DNA from: Octopus bimaculoides
Lineage: Eukaryota
Direction of reading: 5' to 3'
DNA: 37,432 bases
Assembly (NCBI RefSeq): GCF_001194135.2
Contig: NC_069000.1
Location: forward strand, 38,869,065 to 38,906,496
Below, piece by piece: positions 23,851-36,350 of the stretch. The position numbers were made by a program, and so were the translations under genes. Below the pieces are notes generated by a model. It ran no database searches. It saw only the letters and a list, made by a program, of their open reading frames with translations, and was not told where the DNA came from. The stretch's first letter is position 1. Every line of letters begins with the position of its first letter.

Positions 23851-25787
23851 ACAGAAAAGAGATAAACCTCTTCACATGAAATGCCATAACTTAACATACA
23901 GCCCTGTCCCACTAAAACTAGCAGCCTGATATCTCCAATTTTATGGTTTTACAATAGAAATAGCAATCAAGACTAGAAGACCGAGATCGTAGGTCATATA
24001 CATTAGAACTAATCTTGGGATCACCAATATAATAAAAAAATGCAGTCCGATAAACCAACATGAGACCTACGTTTTCTTAATACAAACTGAGAAGTTTAGA
24101 GAAATTGGCAATATATTATTTAGTATATGGCCATTCCGTAATAAAGAGTTTACAATTTCTCACTATCCGATTGATTTACTGTGTATCCTTGGTTTTTATA
24201 ACCAAGAAAACTCAACTATCATTCGGTAAGTTGTGTGAAGCTGTTAGCGTATATTACAGTTATTTTATTAGAACAGCGTGAGTCTAACTGATTAATAAGT
24301 TTGTTATTAATCTTTACAAGGAAAGTTTTCTTGAATTGTATTTCACTTACTAGAGTCATTCGATCACGCTTCGCATTCTTCATTTAATTCTTTGGCCCGT
24401 TCACCTCTACACCATCCACTCGCTTACCACTGAATCGTTTAGTCACTCTCTCACTCTTCACTGATGTAATCATAATGATGCGTTGATTTATACTTTATTA
24501 AAATTTATTGCTAAAATCTGTAAAATGTTGCTGTCAGGCAAGCAACATCTGTCGCCATAAGGTTATAACAATAAATTCTAATCTCATGGCAAGGGAACAA
24601 AATCACGAAATATATGTGCATCGCTCACGATAGAACGATTCGTAACAAGTACTAATATAAATTCTCTGGCAACAAATAGTATGGAAGCACCGTCACATTT
24701 ATATAAAAACGAGAAACTACTTTTCCGTTCAAGAGTTTTGTCTCCTGCAGTAACAGAGGATGTAGAGTTAGTCATACGATTTTAGCGAAATGTGGACAAC
24801 AATAGAATTTAAATACTTCATATTTCTTTATCTCCTGGTGACAAAACATTCTGTTGAAATTTAACATCACTTTGGTATGAGCATTTTTTCTCTTTTTTTT
24901 GCTTCGGATGAAAGGCACGTTTAATCTCGTTATCAGACATTTTGAACGTTTGCATGAAAAGCCGACTCACATGCAGACGGTATAGTGTTATCATGACACG
25001 TTTTTATCTGTTGTCCGTTAAAGCGAAAGCTACATATTTACAATATGTTGGCTCTATGGTAGCATTCAAGTCTTTTTTTTTATATTCAATTTTAATAAAA
25101 ACAGTTTATTAATTAAACAATCAGTTTTCTACAGGTAAAAGAGAAAAGCAGGAAAAGAAAGGAAAAAAAAATATTTACTTTATTTCAAGTGACACAAAAT
25201 TTTATGTTTATACAATTAAATGTAATTTATTTCATAATCTGTTTATACACCTTTTGCGTCGTTAGTATAGGGTACCAGGTTGTCAATTCTTTATTTTGTA
25301 TTCAAATTATAACCTGCATTCTCTCAGAGTAAATAGAGACACTGTAAAAGAGAACGGAACACATTCAAGTGCGGATACAGAAATAAATTTAATTTAAATG
25401 TACAAACAGTAAAAATTTAAGAGATTTGTAAAATAAAAATATTTGCAATTCTTCACTTGCTTCTCATTCAGCGAACAACCTCAATGGGAAATGAAAAACT
25501 ATTGTAATAGGTACATATGTGAAATGGATGACTACTTGACGGGTAGCAATTATTTTACAAAAAAAAAAAAAAAANNNNNNNNNNNNNNNNNNNNNNNNNN
25601 NNNNNNNNNNNNNNNNNNNNNNNNNNNNNNNNNNNNNNNNNNNNNNNNNNNNNNNNNNNNNNNNNNNNNNNNNNNNNNNNNNNNNNNNNNNNNNNNNNNN
25701 NNNNNNNNNNNNNNNNNNNNNNNNNNNNNNNNNNNNNNNNNNNNNNNNNNNNNNNNNNNNNNNNNNNNNNNNNNNNNNATACTTACA

Positions 25788-26047
25788 TTTGAAGTGGAGG
25801 CACAATGGCCCAGTGGCGTTGTGAGTATTTATTGAATGAAAACACCTAAGCGCCACGAGGCTCCGGCAGGGGGTGGTGGCGAACCCTGTTGTACTCTTTC
25901 TCTCACTCTTCCTTCCTGTTTCTTGAGTAACGCTGCGATGGACTGGCGTCCCGTTCAGGTGGCGGAGAACACATACGCCATAGAAACCGGGAAACCGGGC
26001 CCATGAGCCTGGCTAGGTTTTGAAAGGGTGACGTTTATCGTTTTTAT
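25788..26047 (+). mobile_element. SINE with family C head (B-box region deleted) and V-domain-like body
   Basis: gtggaggcacaatggcccagtgg joined directly to gcgttgtgagtatttattg; ctgcgatggactggcgtcccgttcagg at 25933-25959; ATACTTACA at 25779-25787 and 26048-26056. Confidence 0.75.
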
Positions 26048-26092
26048 ATACTTACACCTATATAATAATAATTATAATAATCATAATAATAA

Positions 26093-26617
26093 ATGCCCTG
26101 GTGCAGTACCAGGCAGTGGCTCTCGTAGCTTCTCATCTTAACTGATTGGAAGTGTTATTATGTGCATTGTTTTGAGTTGGTATAAAAGGTTGGCTACAGC
26201 AAATATTCTGCTCAATACCACAAATTTACTTGTCAGTTGTTTGAGCTTAACCATTTGAGCATGTCCTTTGGTGGTTGGCGATTTGTGCTTCTCTACTTAC
26301 GAGCAGAAGTAGTGGGGGAGCATCATAGTCTTTTGTTGAGATGAATTCTTTGGGGTTTGGATAATTCAGCTCTGGAAACATGAGTGTTTCGTTCAACAAC
26401 CCTTATTCAGGAACCTTTTGGGTGGGATGTGCTACTAGATTTGAAGAAAATTGTAACTAAAAGGTCATGTGCTGTTAATCTTGATATGAGATCACCATGT
26501 CGCACGCATATTTGTGATGCATGCACTTTGTGTCAGACAGGTAGTCAAAATGTATATACTGGGCTTTGTATATTTTATCCCGCTGTCACTTTGATGGCAT
26601 GTACTGCTCTCTCCCTC
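26093..26617 (+). mobile_element. ~525-bp interspersed repeat embedded in (AAT)n; candidate LINE 3' UTR or non-autonomous retroelement
   Basis: Complex, GC-richer sequence with sharp edges and (AAT)n on both sides (26062-26092, 26618-26674). Recalled as an abundant Octopus repeat; not verified. Confidence 0.6.
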
Positions 26618-27631
26618 AATAATAACAATAATAATAATGCTGATAATAATAATAATCATAATAATAATAATAATGGTTTCAAATGACAGTGTTTTAACAT
26701 TCGACTGAAAGCGTATGATTTTAATTGATTCGCTTTATTCTAAATAATATTGCGACAATATTGGCTGATAGAAACTATAGCTTTCATTCTTATTTTATCG
26801 GGATTATCGAGTCTGTTTTTTCACCTCTTATTTTTTGGCCTTTCAACTCATATCTTCTGTGCAGCTAAATGACAGATATCTATAAATTTCGATATTTAAC
26901 GGACATAAATATATAAATTTATATCTAAGTTGACACTGATTATTTTCCTACATTACATTCATCAATCTAGAACATATGTGTACTGGTTTATGCCGATACC
27001 ATCTTCATGTCAATGTATTGACCACCTTTCTGATTGATTTATCTATTAACTTTCTATTATCTATTCTACTTTCCCCCTCTATCTTTCTTTTCCCTGTCTC
27101 TCCCCTGGAACTTGGCAGAGAACTTTGCTGAACAGCAGTTTTTCTTAAGTTATTATCATTGAATTTTAATTAGCTGGACATCCATTAATTAAAGTTAATG
27201 TTATATTAGTTCTGCAATGATTAATAGAACTCTTATCGAGATTACTCAAGTAAATGAATAATCTACACCAGAATTTTTAATACATATGTCTCATCTATGT
27301 AGTAAACTATAAAACATAGCACCTTAAACGGTTTCTTAGAAAAGCACCAGGAGATGAGTTCGAACAATAAACTACCAGTCTTTATGAACAAGATAGCTAA
27401 GTTTAATAACACATTTTGTATAGGAATGTCTTTAGTTTAATTCTGCTATTCACCAACGTTGATGAACAGGCTGTACTCACAACCAATCTTTATTTCTTTA
27501 ATATTGGTAACACTGATGAACAGTTTTACTTGTTGATAATCCGTTGATTCGCCATATCACTGGTCGCTTATTTATTTTGTTAAGCTGATGACTTGAGAGT
27601 TGCGCCACACATTACGTAAAATTACGGATGC

Positions 27632-27643
27632 TATCTATCTATA

Positions 27644-27705
<62 letters not shown>

Positions 27706-27710
27706 CCTAC

Positions 27711-27768
<58 letters not shown>

Positions 27769-27799
27769 CTCTGTCTGTCTCTGTCTCTCTGTCTCTCTG

Positions 27800-27833
<34 letters not shown>
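27632..27833. repeat. (TCTA)n, (TC/TGTC)n and (TA)n compound microsatellite
   Basis: Seen directly. Confidence 0.97.
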
Positions 27834-28365
27834 TCGTATTTCGCTTGATCAGAGCGAGACTTATAACCTGGTGTAGAACACAATATACATACGTTCCAGA
27901 ACACAATGCTGTAGGAGCAGAGAATGGTAATGGAAAACAAAGAGATGACACTGGAAGAACAAGACACAAAACTTATGTAAAGGATCACATAACCCTACAA
28001 CTCTCTCTGGTATTGCACTCCTCCTTATAGCAGAAGCAGCTGTTTCTGGTATTCCACCACTTCCTGTAGCAGAGAGGAAGTGTAAGCTGATGAAGTTCAT
28101 TGCATCACATTTGGTCTTTCCGGAGTCATTTCTTTGTTTTCTATTAACTCGCGCTCTCTCTCCGTCCCTCTCTCTCTATATATATTTATCTTTCTAACTA
28201 TGTATTAATATATACATATGTATATATANNNNNNNNNNNNNNNNNNNNNNNNNNNNNNNNNNNNNNNNNNNNNNNNNNNNNNNNNNNNNNNNNNNNNNNN
28301 NNNNNNNNNNNNNNNNNNNNNNNNNNNNNNNNNNNNNNNNNNNNNNNNNNNNNNNNNNNNNNNNN

Positions 28366-28447
<82 letters not shown>

Positions 28448-28800
28448 TGTGTGTGTGTGTGTTTGTGTGTCTGTGCATATACACATGAATATACATATTT
28501 ACGCAGATATGTATATACACACATATATGTACATGTATTCATTCATGTTACATGCATACATACATACAGACACACACACACACATATATACATATATACA
28601 CTCGCGGTCATATATGAATGTGTATGTATAAGTGTATTATAGATATACGCTCTAGTCAGACACACGCAAGAACAAACATTAGACGCATGCGCACACCGCA
28701 GACACACATGCACACACATTTATTGTCTCACTCCCATAATATCTATCTGTGTCACACACACACACGAAGACACACATACACACGCGCGCCCAGACGAGCA
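28366..28800. repeat. (TA)n/(TG)n and degenerate purine-pyrimidine dinucleotide field
   Basis: Seen directly; similar fields at 13210-13335, 29130-29710 and 30893-31030. Confidence 0.9.
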
Positions 28801-29250
28801 TGCGCTCTGACTTCACACATCTACTTATAAATCATTTCTTGTAGGTAAGCACGTTCGTGAATTATGTCGTATTATTGAGAAGGATATAAACACCAATTAA
28901 TTCGATATCATTAACGTTTAATTCTCGCTTTTAATTTTGTTCGACAAACGAAACTGCATTAAACTGGCCCTTTATGTTATTTAGCTCCACATACAGTGGA
29001 GATCTATGATAATAACTATTCCACTCAATCGGAAACGACCAACTGCAACTTCTTCAAAGTGATACACTTAATAGATATATTAAAATTTAACAACTTTGCA
29101 GGGATTAAGTCTATGAGAACGCACGCATATAGACCCACACACATTCACATACAAAGACGCAGACAAAAACACTCGCACGTACTAATACGCACACATGCAT
29201 AATATGTGTAAATATATAAAATGCATATATATGCATATATGTGTGTCTGT

Positions 29251-29304
<54 letters not shown>

Positions 29305-29595
29305 NNNNNNNNNNNNNNNNNNNNNNNNNNNNNNNNNNNNNNNNNNNNNNNNNNNNNNNNNNNNNNNNNNNNNNNNNNNNNNNNNNNNNNNNNNNNNNNN
29401 NNNNNNNNNNNNNNNNNNNNNNNNNNNNNNNNNNNNNNNNNNNNNNNNNNNNNNNNNNNNNNNNNNNNNNNNNNNNNNNNNNNNNNNNNNNNNNNNNNNN
29501 NNNNNNNNNNNNNNNNNNNNNNNNNNNNNNNNNNNNNNNNNNNNNNNNNNNNNNNNNNNNNNNNNNNNNNNNNNNNNNNNNNNNNNNNNNNNNNN

Positions 29596-29654
<59 letters not shown>

Positions 29655-30247
29655 TATGCATACATACATACATACAGATACACAGATACACACATATATG
29701 TGCACATATATGTACAATGATATATCGTTTGTATATATAGACCAATCGGTGTCACACTTCTCTTTTCAGTAACTTGTATGTAATACATTACTAAACTCTA
29801 ATACCCATTCCGTGTAATCTACTTATCTTCACCATGAATCCTAAACGACCGGATGTGAGCTCGCGCGCGGACGCTGGCGTGTGTATATAGACACACACAT
29901 ACCCTAACATATGTACAAACGTTATAAACTCAGTAGTAAATACAGTATGCAACACAGACATACATACATGCATCTATACATAAGTACATATGTACACGTT
30001 CAAACATATATGTATGCGTTACTGGATCAGACAAGCTGCCAGAAATTATTCATCTTTGCACTAGTACACAGATTAATCGAAAATACGTGAATTTCTCAGT
30101 TCATAAATACTATCGCACAGCTAATGCAAAATTTATCACATTAGTACAAGAGGTAACATAAAAAATTCTGCATATATCTTATAATATTTGTATTGATACA
30201 GTTGTAAACTGATCGTTGTTACACGACTTCCATCTAAATATATTACT

Positions 30248-30248
30248 A

Positions 30249-30329
<81 letters not shown>

Positions 30330-30330
30330 G

Positions 30331-30383
<53 letters not shown>

Positions 30384-30386
30384 TAT
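30248..30386. repeat. (TCTA)n then (TA)n microsatellite
   Basis: Seen directly. Confidence 0.97.
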
Positions 30387-30898
30387 AGGCATAGCGCCCT
30401 GGGCGTGAGTTTTCTACTGCAGCCCCGTGCAATTTCAAGCAGGAACATAAATTTCTGGCCTCGTCGACAACAACCTGCCGAAATTCCTTAACTCTCTTTC
30501 TCATTGTGTTGTGATATCCGAGCTTGGTTTTCTGACGTCATATCCGCTCCCACACTGAACTGTTATTCATTCCTTAGAATCTTAATATAACTAACATTCG
30601 CCGTCTTCATTTTCCTGATGCGTTCAGTACAGAATTTTTTTCCACAGACACAGACGAATCTCGTATTTCTATTCATAGTCCGGTGTGAATATCCAGTTAT
30701 AATTGCGTTGTTACCGACAGACTTATCAATTCCTTCACCATTCTGTGAATCATGGGAGATTCTTTCACCTACGAACTGTGTAGGTCTTTGAAGAATGGTG
30801 AGCTGAGAAGACAACATACAATTCTTGTTGGTCTGCACTTTTCGATGTATACTACATATGGTCCGGATTATCCCTGAAGATCGACGTTACGCATATAC

Positions 30899-30932
<34 letters not shown>

Positions 30933-31439
30933 CTCTGTGTGTCTCTGTGTGTGTATGAGTGTGTGTGTATATATATGAGTGTGAGTGTGTGTGTTTGCGT
31001 GATGTGTAAGTGTGTATATACAATGTATATATGAAATTAAGAAATGGAGTCTAACGCAGGTGTTATTCAAATCACTTATATTTCTAACATGTTTCAAAGA
31101 AAGCATTTACATTATTCTGGAGGGAATTAGAATTATGTAAAACAATGTAATCATCTCGTCAGAGAAAAAGAAAAGAGAAACAAAACATCATGTTAACCGA
31201 ATATGATTACCGCGTATATGACGAAGGAGTACGTTGTCAAATTATTTAAAAAAAAACATTAATAGATTTAACGTCAAATGTAATTTAGAGAAGGGGAGAA
31301 AGAAAGAAGTTAACAGAAAATTAAGAGTGGGAAAATATAGTGTGATAGAGGAATGGGAATAAAGATTAAAAGCGTGGAAATAGATATATGTAGCGGAAAT
31401 GAAATGTAAGAAGATATTTAAAGGTCGAATTTTATAGAT

Positions 31440-32257
31440 TAGTAGAAATTACTCATAGGAAATAAAGTTATGTTTTTTCCCAAAGATGAATGCGTTCTTT
31501 AAATGTGTTTACAAGAGTATTCTCCGAGAATAGTATCTTGAATGTTTTCGTAAATTCTTCTCCATAGCTTCGCGAAACTGGTAAGGGTAGCTGGATTTGA
31601 TCTGCTTACCATATGGAATGATCAACCCAACAGTTTTACTAGGACACACCTTGTTATTAGGCTAATTATCTTTAAAAGTCCTAGACTTACTTTTATTATG
31701 TATAAAGCGATGAAAAGAACGGTTATCCCCCTTACTCTGCAAAAGTACATTTTTCGATTTAGTGGTTTTATTCGAACTAAAATTTATATTGTTATTACTG
31801 TTATGACGTTTACCTGTCCTGATTAATAGAGGCAGAATTAATGTCAATAGGATTAATATAGGTATTTTTTTCTTTATAGCTTGCTTTAAGTAAGGTAGAG
31901 TTATAAAATCCGGCTTTATCGTGGAAGATATTAACATTAGCAGATAATCTAGAAAGTGTAAGTGAAATATTTCTAACTAAATTCCTTGTAATAACATTTG
32001 AATGATTATCCAAAGAGATAATATATTTTAAATTAGTTGAGGGTTTATGGCATGGGTAATAGGAGTCATTATATGATTTGAGGGTAATATCCCAAAAGTT
32101 AGATTTAGTTATATCATCATTGAAAATAATGTTTAAGCCCATGTTTCAGAAAAAATTAACTAACCCATTTTCAACCCTTTGTAATTTTTGGTTAGAAATA
32201 TTTTGAAGGTAGAGTAGACAATCATCACGATAGAGAATTGATCAGCCATCTCATAAA

Positions 32258-32258
<1 letters not shown>
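31440..32258 (-). mobile_element. Penelope-like element reverse transcriptase fragment, decayed
   Basis: ILYRDDCLLYLQNISNQKLQRVENGLVNFF*NMGLNII...NFWDITL...YYPCHKP...NHSNVITRNLVRNISLTLSRLSANVNIFHDKAGFYNSTLLKASY, then GLIIPYGKQIKS...KNLRKHSRYY. This matches the PLE pattern LYRDD / FLDVT / SNHPP..I...I..RLS / IIWFNPPYS. YRDD is at 32221-32232. Confidence 0.85.
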
Positions 32259-32295
<37 letters not shown>

Positions 32296-32309
32296 ATCAA
32301 ATCAGCCTT

Positions 32310-32501
32310 TGCATATGAGTTTTCCCCAACCACCGCTTGACAACTGCTGTTGATGTGTTTACGTTTCCGCAACTTTGCGGTTCGGCAATAAAGATTCATA
32401 GAATAAGTACCAGGCTTTACAAATAAGTAAGTACTGAGAGCAATTCATTCGGTTAATATTCTCCAAGGTGGTGCACCACCATGGCCGCAGTTTAATGACT
32501 G
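32310..32501 (+). mobile_element. family B SINE 3' half
   Basis: caccgcttgacaactg...gcggttcggcaa...catagaataagtaccaggc...catggccgcagtttaatgactg. Confidence 0.8.
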
Positions 32502-33361
32502 NNNNNNNNNNNNNNNNNNNNNNNNNNNNNNNNNNNNNNNNNNNNNNNNNNNNNNNNNNNNNNNNNNNNNNNNNNNNNNNNNNNNNNNNNNNNNNNNNNN
32601 NNNNNNNNNNNNNNNNNNNNNNNNNNNNNNNNNNNNNNNNNNNNNNNNNNNNNNNNNNNNNNNNNNNNNNNNNNNNNNNNNNNNNNNNNNNNNNNNNNNN
32701 NNNNNNNNNNNNNNNNNNNNNNNNNNNNNNNNNNNNNNNNNNNNNNNNNNNNNNNNNNNNNNNNNNNNNNNNNNNNNNNNNNNNNNNNNNNNNNNNNNNN
32801 NNNNNNNNNNNNNNNNNNNNNNNNNNNNNNNNNNNNNNNNNNNNNNNNNNNNNNNNNNNNNNNNNNNNNNNNNNNNNNNNNNNNNNNNNNNNNNNNNNNN
32901 NNNNNNNNNNNNNNNNNNNNNNNNNNNNNNNNNNNNNNNNNNNNNNNNNNNNNNNNNNNNNNNNNNNNNNNNNNNNNNNNNNNNNNNNNNNNNNNNNNNN
33001 NNNNNNNNNNNNNNNNNNNNNNNNNNNNNNNNNNNNNNNNNNNNNNNNNNNNNNNNNNNNNNNNNNNNNNNNNNNNNNNNNNNNNNNNNNNNNNNNNNNN
33101 NNNNNNNNNNNNNNNNNNNNNNNNNNNNNNNNNNNNNNNNNNNNNNNNNNNNNNNNNNNNNNNNNNNNNNNNNNNNNNNNNNNNNNNNNNNNNNNNNNNN
33201 NNNNNNNNNNNNNNNNNNNNNNNNNNNNNNNNNNNNNNNNNNNNNNNNNNNNNNNNNNNNNNNNNNNNNNNNNNNNNNNNNNNNNNNNNNNNNNNNNNNN
33301 NNNNNNNNNNNNNNNNNNNNNNNNNNNNNNNNNNNNNNNNNNNNNNNNNNNNNNNNNNNNN

Positions 33362-33408
<47 letters not shown>

Positions 33409-33539
33409 CATACGAACATATATATATTCCAAAGTAAGAGAATGGAATACATGAAATCCAGGCTACATATATTTCATAGCTAACACAAGCTCGATAGCAG
33501 TAATTATTCATATAAATAGATAGATAGATGTAAGCATAG

Positions 33540-33660
33540 ACGTAGCCATGTAGTAAGAAACTTAGTTCTCAAACAGATGGTTCCGCTGTCAGCCCACTGC
33601 ATGCCACCTATAACAAATGTATTCTATTATAATCTCCAGACGACCAGAGTCTTGGTTTGT
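33540..33660 (+). mobile_element. family B SINE 5' half, diverged
   Basis: gtagtaagaaacttagttctcaaacagatggttccgctgtcagcccactgcatgccacc, ending in TG/TA repeats. Confidence 0.6.
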
Positions 33661-33879
33661 GTGTGTATATATATATATATATATGTTTATATATAACTAT
33701 GACCACTAAAGTGGATATTTAATGTGCTAGAAGAAGATCACATGTTGTGTCTACTAAGATCTAATGGTTCTCAAAAGTGGTCATCGTTATATATAAACAT
33801 ATCCTTTAATCCCCCCTAAGATCTCAGATATTTTTTCTGAATCTCTCTGATTCTTTCAATGAGCTAGATTCCTGGTAAT

Positions 33880-34040
33880 AAATCGGTCCCAAAGATCAAA
33901 AAGTACTTATTTTGTCGACATTGAAAGGCTGAAATCAAAATCGACCTCGGCAGAATATAAAACTCAGAACGTAAAGACGAACCAAATGCCGCTAAGCATT
34001 TTGACCGGCGTGCTCAACAGTCTGCCAGCTCGCAGCCTTA
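33880..34040 (-). mobile_element. family A SINE
   Basis: aagtacttattttgtcgac...aatcgacctcggcagaatataaaactcagaacgtaaagacgaacc...gccagctcgcagcctt. Confidence 0.85.
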
Positions 34041-34842
34041 ATACTAATAATAATAACAATAATAATAATAATAACAATAATAATTTTAATTAAATTACTT
34101 TATAGAAGATCGAAATGAATATTCATTCCTTTTACAAGTAATTTTTTTAATATTTGTGCTGACGGGTGTCTACCCTTTTATTTCCCTCTACTTGAACAAA
34201 TTTAAAGTAATTACGAAACACATATAATTATTTTTTTTACAAAGCACTTGAATGATTGATGTAATGGTTGATGTAAAATGGCAAGAAATAAAATATCAAA
34301 AATGTACAGTTAAGACTTATTAATTTTAAAAATAAATACACACTAATTATATTTTCTAATTATTCTGACCCGAGACATTGCAGCGACAAAGATTACGTCA
34401 GCCAACGTGAAGAAAATTTCATCTTAAAAAAGAAGTTCAATGATCCCACCGTTTTATGTTTTTCAGTTTGCATAGCATTAATGCAATTTTGCTCTTCGAT
34501 TTTACTCTGCTAAGTTCGTTTGACACCGGTTTTATTAATATTACTCATTTTCATATATTTCAAAAATTTGTTTGAGATATCAAAGAGTGATTTCGTTATG
34601 TAGTATAAGCATTTGTTGATGTGAAACCTTAATCTATATTTAAAGCAGTGTTACGGTAGCAGACGGCTATTAAAACATTATTATAATGTAAGCATCAATT
34701 AACTTCTGTTAATCTAAAATTAATATAAACCGACGTATATTTAGGAAGAAATTATACAAAATGTTGTTTCTGAGTTAATATGTTGGTGTTCCAGCTATGT
34801 AAAGAGAACAAACAGAATATTATTACAATATTAAAATGTTTT

Positions 34843-34857
34843 AATAATAATAACAAC

Positions 34858-34938
<81 letters not shown>
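34843..34938. repeat. (AAT)n switching in phase to (GAT)n
   Basis: Seen directly. Confidence 0.97.
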
Positions 34939-34939
<1 letters not shown>

Positions 34940-35040
34940 TTACTTATGACGATGATGGTAGTAATATTAATAATGTGCAAGGCGGCGACAAGATACAAAA
35001 CAGAAACATTGATCTCGTGTGTGTGTGAGTGTGTGTGTGT

Positions 35041-35069
<29 letters not shown>

Positions 35070-35071
<2 letters not shown>

Positions 35072-35262
35072 CTTATTTGTGCGTGTCTCTCATCGGTGTT
35101 GGTGCGTTTACATCCTCGTAACATAACGGTTCGGCAAAAGATACCCGACAGAATAATTATATGCTTTAAAAACTTATGTCCTGGGGTCAATTTTTTCGAT
35201 TGAAACCCTTCAAGGCGGTGTTCCAGCATGGCCGCAGTCAAATGACTGAAATAAGCAAAAGG
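35070..35262 (+). mobile_element. family B SINE 3' half preceded by (TG)n
   Basis: acggttcggcaaaagatacccgacagaataa...gtcctggggtcaa...ggcggtgttccagcatggccgcagtcaaatgactgaaataag. Confidence 0.85.
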
Positions 35263-36003
35263 CATGAGGTAAAAAATATATATACAATATTAATACCAGT
35301 TATCTCTTCAGGTTAAATCATTTGCTTTAAAATCGTAAACTCCAGTTTCCTACCAGAGCATAGATATTACTCAATCTTTAATAAATCTTCGTTTAATATA
35401 TGCTATTTCATTTCACCAAACTTAGGAGCCATATTTGCTTCCTCTTATAAAGGCAAAAAATATCATCTTACGACAGACCCTGTTATCTGTCCTCCTCAAC
35501 CCCACCCTAACTCACCTCATAGTAATAATTCAGCCAGCCCATGAGGACCCTACCGTATTCAGTGATATGAACTATTACCATTATTACCTGCAATCTGACC
35601 ACATATAACAGTGTTGACATCTTCTCCCTACCCAACATTGGTAACGATATACCCCGCACCTTCTTTGGAGGTAACATACCATATGAACCGGACCGGAAAA
35701 GCGATCAATTTTAAACCCATCACTTGTAGGGAATCTGTACTTGTCAGTTCTCCCAATTCTGTTCGTTGGATAGCTTCAGTTTACGCTATAATATAGAATA
35801 TAAATGCCACATGATAACATCACATTCTCACCATTGGCGGCACTGCTGGTTTCATGTGCCACCACCGGGCTCACATGAATTCATTCTGAAATCGAGCCTG
35901 TACACTCTCTATTTCCTATATTTACACAACGTCAAGTCTCGAAATATTCTCTATACCTTGTCGTAGTCCATAGTCTACAAGGCTTCGCCGTACACTACTA
36001 ACC

Positions 36004-36096
36004 TCTTCTTCTTCTTCTTCTTCTTCTTCTTCTTCTTCTTCTTCTTCTTCTTCTTCTTCTTCTTCTTCTTCTTCTTCTTCTTCTTCTTCTTCTTCT
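36004..36096. repeat. perfect (CTT)n/(GAA)n microsatellite, about 31 units
   Basis: Seen directly. Confidence 0.98.
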
Positions 36097-36350
36097 CAAT
36101 CTTTAAACCGCACTACTATATGAACAGCTATTTGCCAATTTCCCTCTTGACCAAGAGAGCCAGAGTTATGGAGGTGGCTAATATTTAACTGAGGGTCACG
36201 CTGCAATAGATTACAGTAATTTTGCATAGAGGTTACAACAGTAAGAGGCGACAATATACTCTCTGCATATCCGTGGCTTTTTGAACGTTGAATCTTATAA
36301 TAATGAACATTAGGACTCTCGCCTAACTGCAAGCTCTCAGAAACAGTTGT
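36096..36350 (-). mobile_element. probable RTE-like LINE 3' end with (GAA)n tail
   Basis: Minus ORF ends ...YCNLLQRDPQLNISHL...EGNWQIAVHIVVRFKD*, and the stop codon runs directly into (GAA)n. It loosely resembles the RTE-X TY..LL.RDTGL....L...M.DR..W pattern. Confidence 0.4.

Noticed and set aside
20150-28000. Further very weak RTE-like traces at about 20150-20330(-), 24550-24800(-) and 27880-27990(+)
   Set aside because: Only a few motif residues each; not distinguishable from chance by eye.
30563-30838. FVCVCGKKF as a C2H2 zinc finger
   Set aside because: Cys spacing is wrong, no His pair follows and there is no tandem array.
32146-32148. In-frame TGA in the Penelope-like RT as possible selenocysteine (recalled for some Naiad elements)
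   Set aside because: The copy is otherwise decayed (FWD for FLD, downstream frameshifts), the site is not a Cys-like position and no SECIS is visible. It would only be revived if the TGA is fixed in the family consensus.
35550-35960. Possible APE endonuclease remnant (WIASVYA...HILTIGG)
   Set aside because: Motif spacing is too short, stops are present and catalytic residues are absent; not supportable without a search.
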